Positions 39,950 to 52,688 of a stretch of DNA of 64,000 nt are shown here, in pieces. Numbering within the stretch: position 1 is the first letter of the stretch; every line of letters begins with the position of its first letter. The stretch comes from Octopus vulgaris (taxonomy: Eukaryota). Made by a program: the position numbers and the translations under genes. The stretch spans positions 130,014,001 through 130,078,000 of the forward strand of contig OX597816.1 in NCBI GenBank assembly GCA_951406725.2. The letters run 5' to 3'. The notes beneath the pieces are model-generated. The model had not been told where the DNA came from. It did no database searches and was given only the letters and a program-made list of their open reading frames with translations.

Positions 39950-40340
39950 ACAGGCACAAATGTGTGATGAGAAGTTCATTTCCCAACCACATAGTTCTGG
40001 GTTCAGTCCCACTGCTTGGAACTTTGGGCGTCTTTTACTATAGTCCTGGGCATGTGTTTTCTGCTATAGCCTCAGGCCAACCAAAGCCTTGTGAGTGGAT
40101 TTTGTAGACAGAAACTGAAAGAAGCTATATCAAATGTGTGTGTCTTTGTGTCTGAGTTTGTACTCCCATCACTACTTGACTACTGACATTGGTGTGTTTA
40201 CACCCCCATAACTTAGCACTTTCAGCAAAAGAGACCAGTGAAATAAGTACTAGGTTTAAGAAATAAGTCCTAGGGTTAAGGCAGTACTCCAACATGGCTG
40301 CAGTCAGATGACTGAAATAAGTAAAAGAGTAAAAGAATAC
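39950..40340 (+). mobile_element. tRNA-derived SINE, family A
   Basis: Homologous to 36990-37410, with a short internal duplication. Confidence 0.8.
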
Positions 40341-40394
40341 TTAATAAAAGAGTTACTGGTAGATTCTTCTGTATTAAATATTCGTGATAAAATA

Positions 40395-40976
40395 TTCCTT
40401 TCTACTATAGGCGCAAGGCCTGAAATTTGGGTGAGGGTGATAGTAGATTACATCGACCCCAGTACTTAACTGGTACTTAATTTATTGACCCTGAAAGGAT
40501 GAAAGGCAAAGTCAACCTCAGCAGAATTTGAACTCAGAATGTAGCGGCAGATGAAATACCTATTTCTTTACTGCCTACAAGGAGCTACACACAGAGGGGA
40601 CAAACAAGGACAGACAAACAGATTAAGTCGATTATATCGACCCCAGTGTGCAACTAGTACTTATTTAATCGACCCCAAAAGAATGAAAGCAAAGTCGACC
40701 TCAGCGGAATTTGAACTCAGAACGTAACAGCAGACGAAATACCTATTTCTTTACTGCCCACAAGGGGCTAAACACAGAGAGGACAAACAAGGACAGACAA
40801 ACAGATTAAATCGATTATATCGACCCCAGTGTGTAACTGGTACTTATTTGATCAACCCTGAAAGGATGAAAGGCAAAGTCGACCTCGGCGGAATTTGAAC
40901 TTAGAACGTAGCAGCAGACGAAAATACCGATAAGCATTTCGCTGGGCATGCTAACGTTTCTGCTAGCTCACCGCCT
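40395..40976 (-). mobile_element. SINE family B head-to-tail trimer
   Basis: One head plus three copies of a ~183-bp body joined at gaaatacc|tatttcttta. Confidence 0.88.
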
Positions 40977-41658
40977 TTATTTCTGATAAAATATTAAAAA
41001 TAAAATAGTTGATTTTTTTCCACCCACTGGTGGGGCATATATTTTTCTGGAAAGTTATAGTTGAGTCTGGGGGAAAATAGGTTGGGTAATGTTTCTGAAT
41101 AGTTAGCAATTTGGTGAAGAAATACCAACAGCTAAAATGTATCATATTCTACTTTTCAGATGTATTTGAGATGTAAAATTTGCTGAACAAACAGCTACAA
41201 GGTAAAAATACAAATCTTTTAATTTGCAAAGAGGCTGTTAGTGCTTTCCTTGGAAAACTTAACCTATTCAGAATAAATATTGTTCATGAGTTGATGCATT
41301 TCCCAACCCTTGCCACTAATGAGGAGAAACAATAAGAGGATAATCTGTTGTGTCTGGGGAGAGTAATTTTCTTTTTGTGCCTTATAATGTGGAAATTTTA
41401 CCGGTGAGTGTGTTACATTGTAAGGCACAAAAAGAAAGTGACTCTCCCCAGACTAAGCAGAATATGCTTCAACACACGAACTCATATAAAGAATCTTGCA
41501 AACCAAATCCAAAAACAAAAAATAAGAGCATGATATTTTAGTGTACATTAGATACTTCAAGAAACTGATTCATATGAAAATTAAGTTCAAAGCTCTCCTG
41601 GAAATGGACGTTCAAAGCTGGTTGGTAGACTTGTTCAAGACAAATGCAGTTGATATTT

Positions 41659-42146
41659 GCCATATCCTGAACGCCTTACTTCCCTGGGCATGGACACATT
41701 GAAACTCCGACGTCTGGCAGCTGACTTGGCAGACACCCAAAAATTATCAACCATCGTACAAACAATAACTCTGAGCACCTTTTCAAACTCCACCCATCTA
41801 ACACCCGTGGACATATTTACAAAGTAAGAAAACAGCACAGCTCCCATGACTTCAGGAAACATTTTTTCACGCTGAGAGTTGCTGAAGCATGGAACAAACT
41901 GCCGGCATCAGTTGTTAGTTGTTGGAGCACTGCATCCTTCAAAACTTCCATGCTTCCTGAGATTCGCCAACACTACACTTGATTTTCTCCTCCATACACA
42001 CACAAGCATGTATCTGACTCATACATTGTTCGCTTTCCAGACATTTCTACATTACTGCATGTACTTTATATGCACTTTCTGACAAGTTGTGGTGCACCTG
42101 AGCACTGTATACAATAATTTCATTATTATTATTATTATTATTATTA
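41659..42146 (+). mobile_element. CR1-like LINE 3' end
   Basis: ERLTSLGMDTLKLRRLAADL...NTRGHIYKV...RKHFFTLRVAEAWNKLP..VV; (ATT)n tail. Confidence 0.85.
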
Positions 42147-42269
42147 TATCAGACAAGAATGTCTTATTGAGTTGCAGTGTAAGCAGTTTTAAATTAAAAG
42201 AGAGAGAGAGGGGGGGAGGAGGGCGAGAGACCAAGGGGAGGTAACTCCAACTCTACTCGAAATTCATAT

Positions 42270-42411
42270 TTTTAACCAATCAAAACACATCTACCTTTTA
42301 GGCGCGACATTAAGTTTGTTGTTGATCAACCTCACCAGCTCGTGGCAGTTATCATTGTATTATACTTATTTATAGACTGCTAATTTCTTAGACTTTTTTT
42401 TTTCTGGAAAG
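42270..42411 (+). promoter_or_regulatory. Putative CENP-L promoter and non-coding first exon
   Basis: CCAAT at 42276-42280, E2F-like TTTAGGCGCG at 42297-42306, AAG|GTAAAT donor after 42411; splicing to 46697 puts an in-frame TAG upstream of ATG 46710. Inferred only. Confidence 0.4.
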
Positions 42412-44249
42412 GTAAATCGCTTTAACTAATAATTTTAAGATGGATAATTTAGTTATTAACTTATTCAATTTAATTTTGATACCGTTTGTTCTTTCGAAAT
42501 GTTGACTACTTAATACACTGCATCATTTTATATTATGAAGTTATTTTAGTTATCTATATTTTAAGTCAGGAAAGTGAAAATTATGTTGAACAAAGGCATA
42601 TGAAGTCATCTTTTTAATCAAAAATATTTTATATTTCAATGTTATGTATAGTCTATCGCTGATATGGTTTTCCATATCTACAGCTAAAATTATAAATTGG
42701 CCGTTTATTTTAACTTGTATGCATAGAGTTTGTAACTGTGAAACCTGTAGATGACAGTCTTGTCAAACTCGTGTTTAGAACTCTGGTGTTAATTCCCGCC
42801 CTAAAAATAACGGATTGGCAGCATTAGAATATATTTAGCTCTAGTCCTTTAAATTGTGAATTCAACCGAAGTAACTTGGCGTAACTTCGGTATAGGTACC
42901 GGATACATTTCAAGAAAGTGTTTTTTTTTTTTATATATACATGGGGGGTTAGGGGTGGGAGAAAAGGGTAAAACAAATGTTCTCATGCAAACAGAATTGG
43001 CGTGAGGATATTTTGGTGTTGTTTTGGAATAACTTGACAATCGGATTGGGGTTTGTTCCCCACAAGTCTGTAATTGATACAAGTGCCTTAAAAGCATTAT
43101 GACTGGCAAAGAAAGTGTAGGTTGTTGGATCCTCATACGTCGAAACCGACGGGAGAGTCTATAATATACATATTGATCAAATAGATAAGTGAAGTGAGAG
43201 AATAGATGTTTATTCCATTAGTTTGCAGCTTTCATAATTATGTTAGTTATATAATTGACGTTACATCACCGTCAACATATAAAATAGACATATGTACCCT
43301 TATACCCCATATAAATGTGCTAGGTATATGTCATTTTGTCTTTCGTTGAGTGAATACTTATCTACTTGAATTTTACTGTGTAGTCAGGAACTGGTGGATG
43401 AAATACTGTTCCTACAACCTTAATTGTTGGACCCATAGTGTCTTTATTTATGTCAAGGATACTTTACGCAGTCGTTGTTGTGGTTGTCCTCGGTTTATCT
43501 TAGAAATACATACAATAGAATATAACACTCAGTAGAAGCAAGAAATGGCTTATAATTATCATAGAAACTATAATGCAACAATATAAAAGTCGAGAGAAAA
43601 AAACACTGCGAGACTAAAAAGAAAAAAAGTTAACTGTTGAACTTTCTATCCTTATAGAGACAGGGAGGTAAATCAGTGCTGACATTTGGAATTCATGATA
43701 GTGGACCGTTTAAATGTGTAAACTGTGCGCTGACCCAGGTCAACATTGATCCAGGAAACCACTTGTCAAAGATTTTCCGGCCGCAACCATTTAGTGGTAT
43801 GTAAGATAACGTTACCTGATGTTTCCTTCCCTTATTTAAGAGAGTAGAGTGAGATTTGAGAGATATGTAGCTACTATTTCTTGCGAATTGGGTGACCATG
43901 TAGATGCTTCAGTACTAGATGTATTTGGGCTTGACGAAAGTTGTCAGATTTGAAGATGCATCAAACTTGTTTGCTAACTACATGTCTATAATAATATAGC
44001 AATGCAGTTTATTATTTAAGCTTACATCGATTCCTCCGTGGCGTTGCTTTGCATTTATAATAAAATAAATATATACAAATTATAAAAATAATTTTTAAAA
44101 ATATATACACTAGAGTACTGTTTCTACTTCGCGGATTTTCACCTATCGCGGGGTGTTTTGGAATGTAACATCCGCGATAGCCGAGGGATAACTGTGTATA
44201 TATACATATGTGTGTGTGTGTATGTATATATATATATATATATATATAT

Positions 44250-44465
44250 TCAATATGTGACTGCGTGTGTATCGTTGGCGATTTTCTTTCTCCGTCTTCC
44301 CTTCTTTGGACTTTTTCTTTTTTCTATATTTCCGACAAAGAGCTCCGCCCGAAACGTTAAATCCTCCTTCTTTCTTTCCTTTCCTGAGCGTCCAATAACA
44401 CTATACTTGTTCCACGTCCTCGCGTTGTTGTGTTTTTCTTTGTTCATGTTTGGATTAACTTTATA
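44250..44465 (+). mobile_element. Penelope-like pLTR fragment with degenerate hammerhead
   Basis: tttCCGACAAagagctccgcccGAAAcgTTaaa resembles CUGACGA-stem-GAAACGUU; flanked by (TA)n. Confidence 0.5.
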
Positions 44466-44504
44466 TATATAATATATATATTATATATATTATATATATA
44501 TATA

Positions 44505-45237
44505 CATGGTGACTGAAAAGTAACTCCCTATTTTAAAACTTATAATTTATTTATTGACTATAATTTTTAGAAAAATGAATATGTAAAAACATAACTTCTC
44601 ATATTCACCCTTCAAGTCCTTCCAAAGTTGTTGGTTTGGTAGACTAGACTTGCTTCTTTAACCAACCCCATAGAAAAAAGTCGCAGAGTGTTAAGTCAGG
44701 GCTTCTGGCCAGCCAATCATGCAGACCACGATGATCCATCAATCTCCCAGGGAAGTTGGCATTCAGCCAATAGCAAAATGTGGAGGAGCACCATCTTGCA
44801 TAAAAATCAAATCATCAATATTCTCCCAAGTACTGATAACTGGCCAGATTTCATCTTGCAGCATGGTGAGATATCTTTCAGCATTTGTGGTATTGCAAAG
44901 GATAAAAGGACCCACATTCCTGTCTGAAGTCATTCCACACCATACCATTACCTTGAGCTGATTCTGCATTTTTGCAGAGGTAATATGAGGATCTTCTGCC
45001 CAGTAGTGGCAGTTGTTCACAAACCCATCAATGTGGAATACCACTTCATCAATCCAGAGGATATTTGTAGAGCTTCTAAATTTCAGACAAAATAATCGAT
45101 CTGAAAAACAAAAAATAACAACATAGAATCAATTCCCAAACAATAAAGAATGTACACAATAAATTTGAGAAAAAAATTATAATTAATAAAGGAATTATAA
45201 ATATTTTAAAATAGGGAGTTACTTTTCAATCACCCTG
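44505..45237 (-). mobile_element. Internally deleted Tc1/mariner element, DD41D(rosa)-like
   Basis: ~35-bp TIR CA(G/T)GGTGA(T/C)TGAAAAGTAACTCCCTATTTTAAAA, TA flanks; VMVWCGM...GPF...QDGAPPH and DFFLWG remnants. Confidence 0.88.
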
Positions 45238-45541
45238 TATATATATATATATATAACATGAGGCTTTTACATGCCGAAATCTACTTGGTGAAATTAATGA
45301 TTATTCCAAATTAATTAATTTCACCCTATATTATTACTGATAACCATATTTCATCCCAGTAAATGACCACAACATCTTGTCTTGGCTACACGCTGGTGGG
45401 AAGGGGTTGGTGACACAAACTTTCATTCACACTTTGAATTTGGTGATACTGGTAACGGCTTTAGCTCGCTCTGATACTGAGTTGAGATGATGCCTTCTAG
45501 TACCTCGAAATTTAATATACAATTGTTCATAATTGTAGTGT

Positions 45542-45632
45542 CCTGCGCTGATGAGAGGGGAAGTTGGGTAAGACATAATTATCTAGTTCTTATGCTTTTC
45601 TAAAACTTAATTTCGAAATGTACGTCCGTAGG
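45542..45632 (+). ncRNA. Type I hammerhead ribozyme motif (Penelope/retrozyme-like)
   Basis: Stem I CCUGCG/CGUAGG, core CUGAUGA 45548-45554, stem II closed by G-C, GAAA 45615-45618, short near-palindromic stem III, GUC cleavage triplet ending at 45626. Confidence 0.8.
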
Positions 45633-45839
45633 TGACTTAAAATTGTATGATAGATTGCCGTCATTTCTTTCTCTCTTGCCTGTCTGTGTTTGCCTTTCAA
45701 GTGCTGTGGTTTTACTGAGATCTCCCTTTTAGTAGAAAGAATAGCTATAACTCTTTGACTGCTGTTTCTAAATTCGGTGTGTGGTGAGGCAAATCGTTGC
45801 TAAACCCTTAATTACTTAGTGTATATATATATATATATA

Positions 45840-46660
45840 CAGGGTGCGATGGGTAAATAGTTGCCATTTTATATTTTTGATTTCACACATGGTTTTTGAT
45901 TTTGTTGACTACACAGCATAGTAGGGTCTGTGAGGAAAACAGCACCATGACGCAATTCACTCTGCAAAAAATTTGGAAATGACATGCAGTACTGCTTGGC
46001 ATTCATACCGGAAAATCCAAAAGGAACAGATGATGAACACAGAGCAACTGTTGGCTTGCCATATCCCCAAAGCATGTACCAAGAGTGATAAAAATCAAAT
46101 ATCATGGTGTTTGGAGTGTTCACTAGTGATGGTGAAGTTATCCTTAATTCATCTTAATTGAGCCCACACAGCCTCAAACTCAACAAGGAGGCCTACATCA
46201 AGTGTCTGGAGGAGGTAGTGCTACCCTGGGTGGCTGTTGGAAGACCTTATGTCTGGCAACAGGACTCTGCACCATGCCACACAAGCATGAGAGACAATTT
46301 CTGCAAGCACATCACCCTTAACACCTAACACCCTAGACTGCATTCTCCTTGATTATTATGTGTTGGGCACAGTTGAGCGAGAGACCAACAAAACTCCTTG
46401 TAACACCAAAGATGAACTGAAAGTAAGGATTATGGCAGCATTCACCAACTTAAACAAGAAGACCATCCAGAAGAGTTGCAGGAGATTCTGAAATTGTCTG
46501 GAGGCCATGGTTGAAGCCAATGGTGATTTTATTGAATAAATTTACTCTTTAGTATTTCAAGATATTTTTACGTAATTTTGGTAAATATATCTGTTAAAAT
46601 GAGATGTCAGTATTAATTTCATTTTTGCGTAATTTAGACAACAGTTTACTCAGCGCACTA
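45840..46660 (+). mobile_element. Tc1/mariner DD37D (maT-like) element, deleted copy 1
   Basis: TIR CAGGGTGCGATGGGTAAA; VWQQDSAPCHTS and PLDYYV remnants. Confidence 0.85.
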
Positions 46661-46709
46661 TATATATATATATGAATTTTTTTTTTCTTTTTTCAGGAAT
46701 TTTAGCAAA

Positions 46710-46764
46710 ATGTCCGTGCCACCACAATTTCATACAAAAACACCTGTAACACGAAAACTACCAA
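46710..46764 (+). CDS. CENPL: CENP-L coding exon 1
   Basis: MSVPPQFHTKTPVTRKLP (recalled human TPPRRKIP); acceptor before 46697, phase-1 donor. Confidence 0.7.
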
Positions 46765-46962
46765 GTATATATTTTAAAATTCCTTTTAAAGAAATTTATT
46801 AATTTATTCATTAATACAATTTAGAAAACTAAAACTACTGTTAAGAAATTTGTTTTATATATTTATGATTTAAACAGTGCATTCATAAAAGTAAAATCAG
46901 TAAATATAGAAGGAAAGTTGTTTATGTAAGCAATTTCTTATACATCATTTTTATATTTACAG

Positions 46963-47010
46963 ATAAAATAAAATCAGCAGATAAGGCAGTTGGTCCACCA
47001 CAGATACCAG
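46963..47010 (+). CDS. CENPL: CENP-L coding exon 2
   Basis: NKIKSADKAVGPPQIP; tttacag acceptor and CAG|GT donor, phase 1 to 1. Confidence 0.7.
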
Positions 47011-47842
47011 GTATTCTCCAAACTTATTCTGATATAAAATTAATCACATAAAAGAAACTTTTGTTTTATACACTGGGATTAACATTTATAATTTTGATAT
47101 GCAAAGCTAAATTAATGTTAATTCATTGGAAATTTCTGTGAGGAGAAGTAGTGCACCTAGCCTTTCTTAGGTCACCTAATTCAATGTGTATGAACTGCTG
47201 AGTAGAGTTAATGTAGTGGGTTAAAGAAGAAGGGGAATAGGCTGAGTGTGTTTCATATTGCAGATGTGAGGAAACAAGATTATGCAATGTACGTAATGAG
47301 AAAGAGTGATGTTACACAGAGTAAAGATGAACGAAGTGAGTCAATTTGGCAAAGGTGGTATACAAACAAGTTCTGAAGAGCAAACTGCTATAGTAAAAAT
47401 GAAGAGTGATAGTGAAAGCTTTTTTATTTTTCATTCAGATGTTTTTTTGTGTCTGGATGCAGTGCAGAATGTGCTTGTTAATGCACTGTCCCACATCACC
47501 ACATCTAGTACAAAATTATACCATGCATAGAATTAGGATACTGTTCAAGGCTGCAGTCTTTTCTAGCTCTGAAGAATAAATGCTTCAGAGCATGTATTCT
47601 GAAGCATACAGAATTACATGTATTCTGTATGCATGATCAACCTTGTGCAGTCACCAGAGAAAGCTAGACCTAGCATTTGTTGAGTGTTAGGAACTTTCCC
47701 TACGCATTCTTCAAGAATAGTGTGGATGCCTTGTTGTGCTCATCTTATCTTGAGATGTATAGAGGCAGATTCATTGGTACTATTGACTAAGATGAAGTTG
47801 AGATGTTTCCATTGCAGCATGTTTTTAAGGTTATCTGCTAAG

Positions 47843-48150
47843 ACCTCCCTGGGCATGGACACATTGAAACTCCGACGTCTGGCAGCTGACTTGGCAGACA
47901 CCCATAAAATTATCAACCATCGCACAAACAATGCTGAAGCGTGGAACAAACTGCCGACATCGGTTGTTAGTTGTCGGAACACTGCTTCCTTCAAGACTTC
48001 CATGCTTCCTGAGATTCGCCAACACTACACTTGATTTTCTCCCCTCCATACACCCAGACATTTCTACACTACTGCATGTACTTTATATGCACTTTCTGAC
48101 AAGTTGTGGTGCACCTGAGCACTGTATACAATAATTTCATTATTTTTATT
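47843..48150 (+). mobile_element. CR1-like 3' end, internally deleted
   Basis: Near-identical to 41680-42125, lacking about 120 bp. Confidence 0.85.
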
Positions 48151-48673
48151 TTTTAAGATCTGTACATCAGTCAAGAGATATTGTGTTATATGTGTTAAGT
48201 TTTGAGTAAAGAAAGAGGGCAAGATATGATGTGTGCTGTGAGAACTCTTGAAAATATATGCTGAGTGTTGCAAACATCAGAAAAGCATTTTTACATTGTT
48301 TAAAGTTTTTGCTTTTCAATATTGTTTCTATGATTTAAGGTAAGAGTAAATGCAAAAAAGTGTCTCTATGAAATGATATATAGCCATGAAATGATATATA
48401 CTATTTCCAAAAGTAATTTTTAAAATCTGATGCAGCTACAGATGTCTTCTTTTACCATTTTATACTGCATGTTAAATTTCACTATAAGAAAGTTATATAT
48501 CTCAAGAGAATGGTCTTACCTTATAGATCCAAATTAGGAAATTAGTGCATGGCTCTTACGAATTATGACTTTGTTCCACAGCATACATGTTGAATTTAAA
48601 TACTAAATAGTTTAATATCTTTCAGTATCATCTCAGATTTTACTTTTTTTTTTATTTTTTTTTTTTTTACTAG

Positions 48674-48783
48674 CCCTGAAGAATATATGTCATTTATTTA
48701 AATTAAGTCCAATTTTGAACTTTGAAACTACTCCTGCTAAATTCAAGATATATGCTACATCTCTCACATCTTATTGTCAGTCA
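48674..48783 (+). CDS. CENPL: CENP-L coding exon 3
   Basis: ALKNICHLFKLSPILNFETTPAKFKIYATSLTSYCQS (cf. LYSLTPLYKF...LKEYSRLL); poly-T TAG acceptor, GTGAGT donor, phase 1 to 0. Confidence 0.8.
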
Positions 48784-49148
48784 GTGAGTATCTATTTTAA
48801 CTTCATTTTTTGTTTCAATTTATTTATATTACCATCAAAATGAAAATTGTCATTAAATTATGACTCCAGTTCCATAAATGTTTAATGACCAAAGTTACTT
48901 ATAAGCCATGATAGCATAATTAGGGACCAAATCTTAAAAAAAATATAGTGTTTGATAAACAGACATTAGAGATGTTCTGTGCTGAGAAACAGTTAATTCA
49001 GTTTGTAAAGTAAGATCAGATATTGTGCCATGAGGAGAAATGATATATGGGATGCTGTGCAAAGCCTTTCTTCTAAGAGGATAATAAATAGTTTATTGGT
49101 TTTATTAGTAAGTCTAATACAATTCTATATTTAAGAAATGAATTATGC

Positions 49149-49431
49149 ACATTATTTACATTTGACAGATATTTGTCCTCTTCTTGTTTGTTGTTAACAC
49201 AACTTTTCGGCTGATATACCCTCTAGCCTTCATCATGTGTCTTGGGGAAATTTCTAACCTGGATTCTCATTCCTAAGGTATTTTTTTGATATTATTATTC
49301 AGGTCACTGCCTGGAATTGAACTCAGAATCTTAGGGTTAGTAGCCCATGCTCTTAACCACTATGCCATATGCTCAAAACGTGTTAACAACAACCAAAATG
49401 AGGACAAATATCCATCAAATGTAAATAATGT
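49149..49431 (-). mobile_element. Composite element: 52-bp inverted repeats, tRNA-like head, hammerhead remnant
   Basis: IR 49149-49200 / 49380-49431; A and B boxes within 49300-49372; hammerhead-like motif 49196-49241. Confidence 0.75.
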
Positions 49432-50409
49432 TAGTAAGTCTAAGTTGATTACTTCTGTGTATCCCTATTGATATAACATTATGCCCCACTTAATTTTGTG
49501 AGGCTAAAAATAGACATATATGAGAGGTGAGGGCAAAGTGTCACAAGGCCCTTTGCAACATGGTGGTAACATAGTGGATAAAGCATTAAAGGCAAAGAAA
49601 ATATACCTTTGATCAATTAAAAAGGAAAATGAATAAATAAATAAATTTATAGTATATAAGGGATTTAACTTGTAAAGTTGGATTCTGCTATTTTGCAAAG
49701 ATGTTAGCTTCTGTTTTCCCAGTATTTCTGTTGTAAATTACTAAATAGAAAAAAAAGAAAGATTAAATTTTGATATGATACAATATTGAACCCCCTGAGA
49801 TATTGAAATGTTTTGCCAGTTTATTGGCTCGGGGTATAAATGAGTAGACCACAAATGTACCAAATAGTGTACAATATACAATAGAAAGAGAACAAAGATG
49901 TCTGAGTCAACAGCTTACTAGCAAACCTGTTGAAAGGTTAGTAGTTTGTATCATTGTACTACATTGTGTCCATACTCAGCACAATTAGATCTCATAATAG
50001 TTCACAATTGTAAGTAGTGGTAATACAATCTTTCTTTAAGAGAAAGAGATCCAAGCCTAAGTCAGCAATCCAGCTCTATCAAACACTTACACAGTTGCTT
50101 ATAGTGTTGGAAATAGCAACCAAAGTTCCTTTATTTAAAACCCTACCATCTAAAAATCAGGACCAATAGTATGATGCAGTGTGAGATGCTGTGGAAAGAA
50201 GGATAGATACAGTTGAAACACCTTTGATAATAGTTCTACTGAATCAGAGCTAACTGTAAACTAAGCAATGCAATACATCAGGAACCATTAAGGTTGATTC
50301 AAGAATGTGTACACTACATGACATAAAGACCATTCACTTTAAGAAGGACTTCTACTATTCTGACATTTTTTGATACCTTTATGAAAATCTCAACCATTTG
50401 TTCTTGCAG

Positions 50410-50485
50410 AAAACAAAGGAAATTCATTCAGTGTCTGTTTCTTCCTGTAATTTTACAACACTCGAAGGATTTAAAGTTTCTGAAA
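50410..50485 (+). CDS. CENPL: CENP-L coding exon 4
   Basis: KTKEIHSVSVSSCNFTTLEGFKVSE (cf. FSTLLGMKG); phase 0 to 1. Confidence 0.8.
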
Positions 50486-52646
50486 GTATTTTGTATCTTT
50501 TTCATTCTTCTTTCTGTTTTTAATACGTTTTGTTCCTCATATCTCAACACTGCTAACATTTTTGCTATTTCTTGAAATCTACACATTATTTGATCATCTC
50601 TCAGCATTTCTACATTGATTGTTATTTGTCAACATCTCTATTCTTTCTCTTAAATGTCAATGTCTTTACACTATTAATCTGTCAATATATTTACACTGTT
50701 CTTCTTAATAGCATATTTCTACATGCATATTTAAATTTTAAAAATGACGGCTAATTGTAGTATTTTATATATAAATATGGATGGTAAATCAAATTAATAC
50801 ACTTGTTAATGTTATCTAGTGGTTGTCTTTTGAGATGTGACATTGATCATTGTTTGTTACTGAAAGAATACTGGTTTAGACGTACATTTACATGCTTCCC
50901 TTGTACACACACGCACACATACATATACTCACACAGAGTTGAAACTCTGTTTGATTTTTCTTTTCAGCATTGAATGTTCACCATCCCACTTCCATTACAC
51001 ACACATACACATTTTCACATACCTCCCTTTTACATAAACACACACATAAACTCATACAGGGTTGAAATGCTCCCACTACCAGTTTGCCATCACCCAATCA
51101 TTCCTTCCTTATTCATTTATCACCCGCTTCCTTTCTCATTCATATGTTGTGACTGAGAAAAACACAAGAGTATTATAATAGTATATGTTTATCCACCCTA
51201 CTACACAGGTTAATACCTCTAAATTAAAATTCTACTATTTTCCTTTAATCTTTATTCTTTCTAAAAATATCCTAGCTACTTTCTGTCACATTTCTAGAAT
51301 GTCTACTTCCACTTAAGACTTAAATTATAGAGAGATCCTCTGTGTGGTCTCTCAACATTCTAGAATTAGTAAAGTCTCCCTCAAACCATACATTACTGTC
51401 TTTATAATGAAAAACACATTGAGAAACAGATCTAGATTTATAAAAACAGGATAGTTGAAATAGCTTTTATCATGGATGACCAGAGTTCAATGAAAGTTGA
51501 CCAAAAGTCAAAAAAGATCACCAGAGGCTAAACATCAACTTAATTGATAATGTAGTCCTTGCTATCACATGTCTTATACATGGCATACAATACATGTATG
51601 TATTAAGCAGGTTGTTTTTCATATCCACTCCCTTATACTACAATGTAATGCAGAATGTAAATATAAAGGGGTTCACTTATGGAGTAGTATTTTGTTCCAG
51701 TTTCATGATGTTAAGTGAATGAGTGGTAACTCTTCCTCTAGATAGAATGCCGGAAATCATCTTTCTTACCCAACTCCCCAGAGATACAAACTTAATTCTT
51801 ATTTGTGAAGTTAATGATTTTTACCTACATAGATCACCATTACTTCTCTTGAACTCTGGTTTTCATTTAGCATTTAGTTTGGTCTCCATCTTTTATAATT
51901 CACATCTGGTCAAAGAAGACTTGGTCTCTTACTGTTTCAGATTTGATGAGTTTATGCAGGTACTAATGGCCCCAAAGTCATACTACCATTTAATTTATAC
52001 ATATGCATGAAATAGTAACACAATTTTTAGTGTCACCTGTGTGTGTGAGAGAGAGAGAGAGAGAGTTTGTGTACTGCATGTCTTCACAGTAACATTCTTT
52101 ATGTCTCCTGTAAGCAATACATCCTGTACATCTGCTTTCATCGTTTCATTATGTAAAGACCAGTAGAAAAATACCTTACCTAAAAACCAATAAGAGTTGG
52201 CAACAGGAAGGATATCCAGCCATTGAATACTTTCTTAATATGTTTGTCCAACCCACATATGAAATGTATTGATAAAAAAAAATGATTGTAAAAGAAAACA
52301 AATGAATTTATACTCCTGCTTTACATTGCAGCTTTATCCTAATCTGAGAAAGCATTATAAAATTCCTACATGTTACACATTTTAGTTGATATCTCCTTAT
52401 TCTTGTTAATTTCCCTTATTATTATTATTTTGTCTTCTGTAATCTGTTACTTTATCTCCCTAATCCTTTTGTTATTGCAGTTATCCAACTGGAACTTCTT
52501 TACTTTGTTTATCTTGCTCATGTCTTTAGGCGGGGGGAAAAAAACACGAGTTTTACTTACCTTTAAAAACCTTGGATTTTGTGATTGCATAAGAATTTGT
52601 TTATTGTCATTTTACTCATCATCTGTACTTATCTATTTAACTTCAG

Positions 52647-52688
52647 CTGACAAAGATGCTGTGCAATTGACAATGTATACCAAAAACG
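52647..52688 (+). CDS. CENPL: CENP-L coding exon 5
   Basis: TDKDAVQLTMYTKN (cf. RDPEAFLVQI); phase 1 to 1. Confidence 0.75.

Noticed and set aside
47264-47288. Candidate 25-nt CENP-L micro-exon
   Set aside because: It would break the frame between 47010 and 48674, and it lies in what looks like a decayed antisense LINE.
48330-48346. AG|GTAAG possible recursive splice site
   Set aside because: The intron is only about 1.7 kb and the motif is common by chance; exon phases already fit without it.
52370-52646. 113-aa ORF, or GGGKKTRV segment, as a CENP-L exon
   Set aside because: Exon 50410-50485 matches the expected FSTLLGMKG region better and joins 52647 in phase; the rest is T-rich intron.
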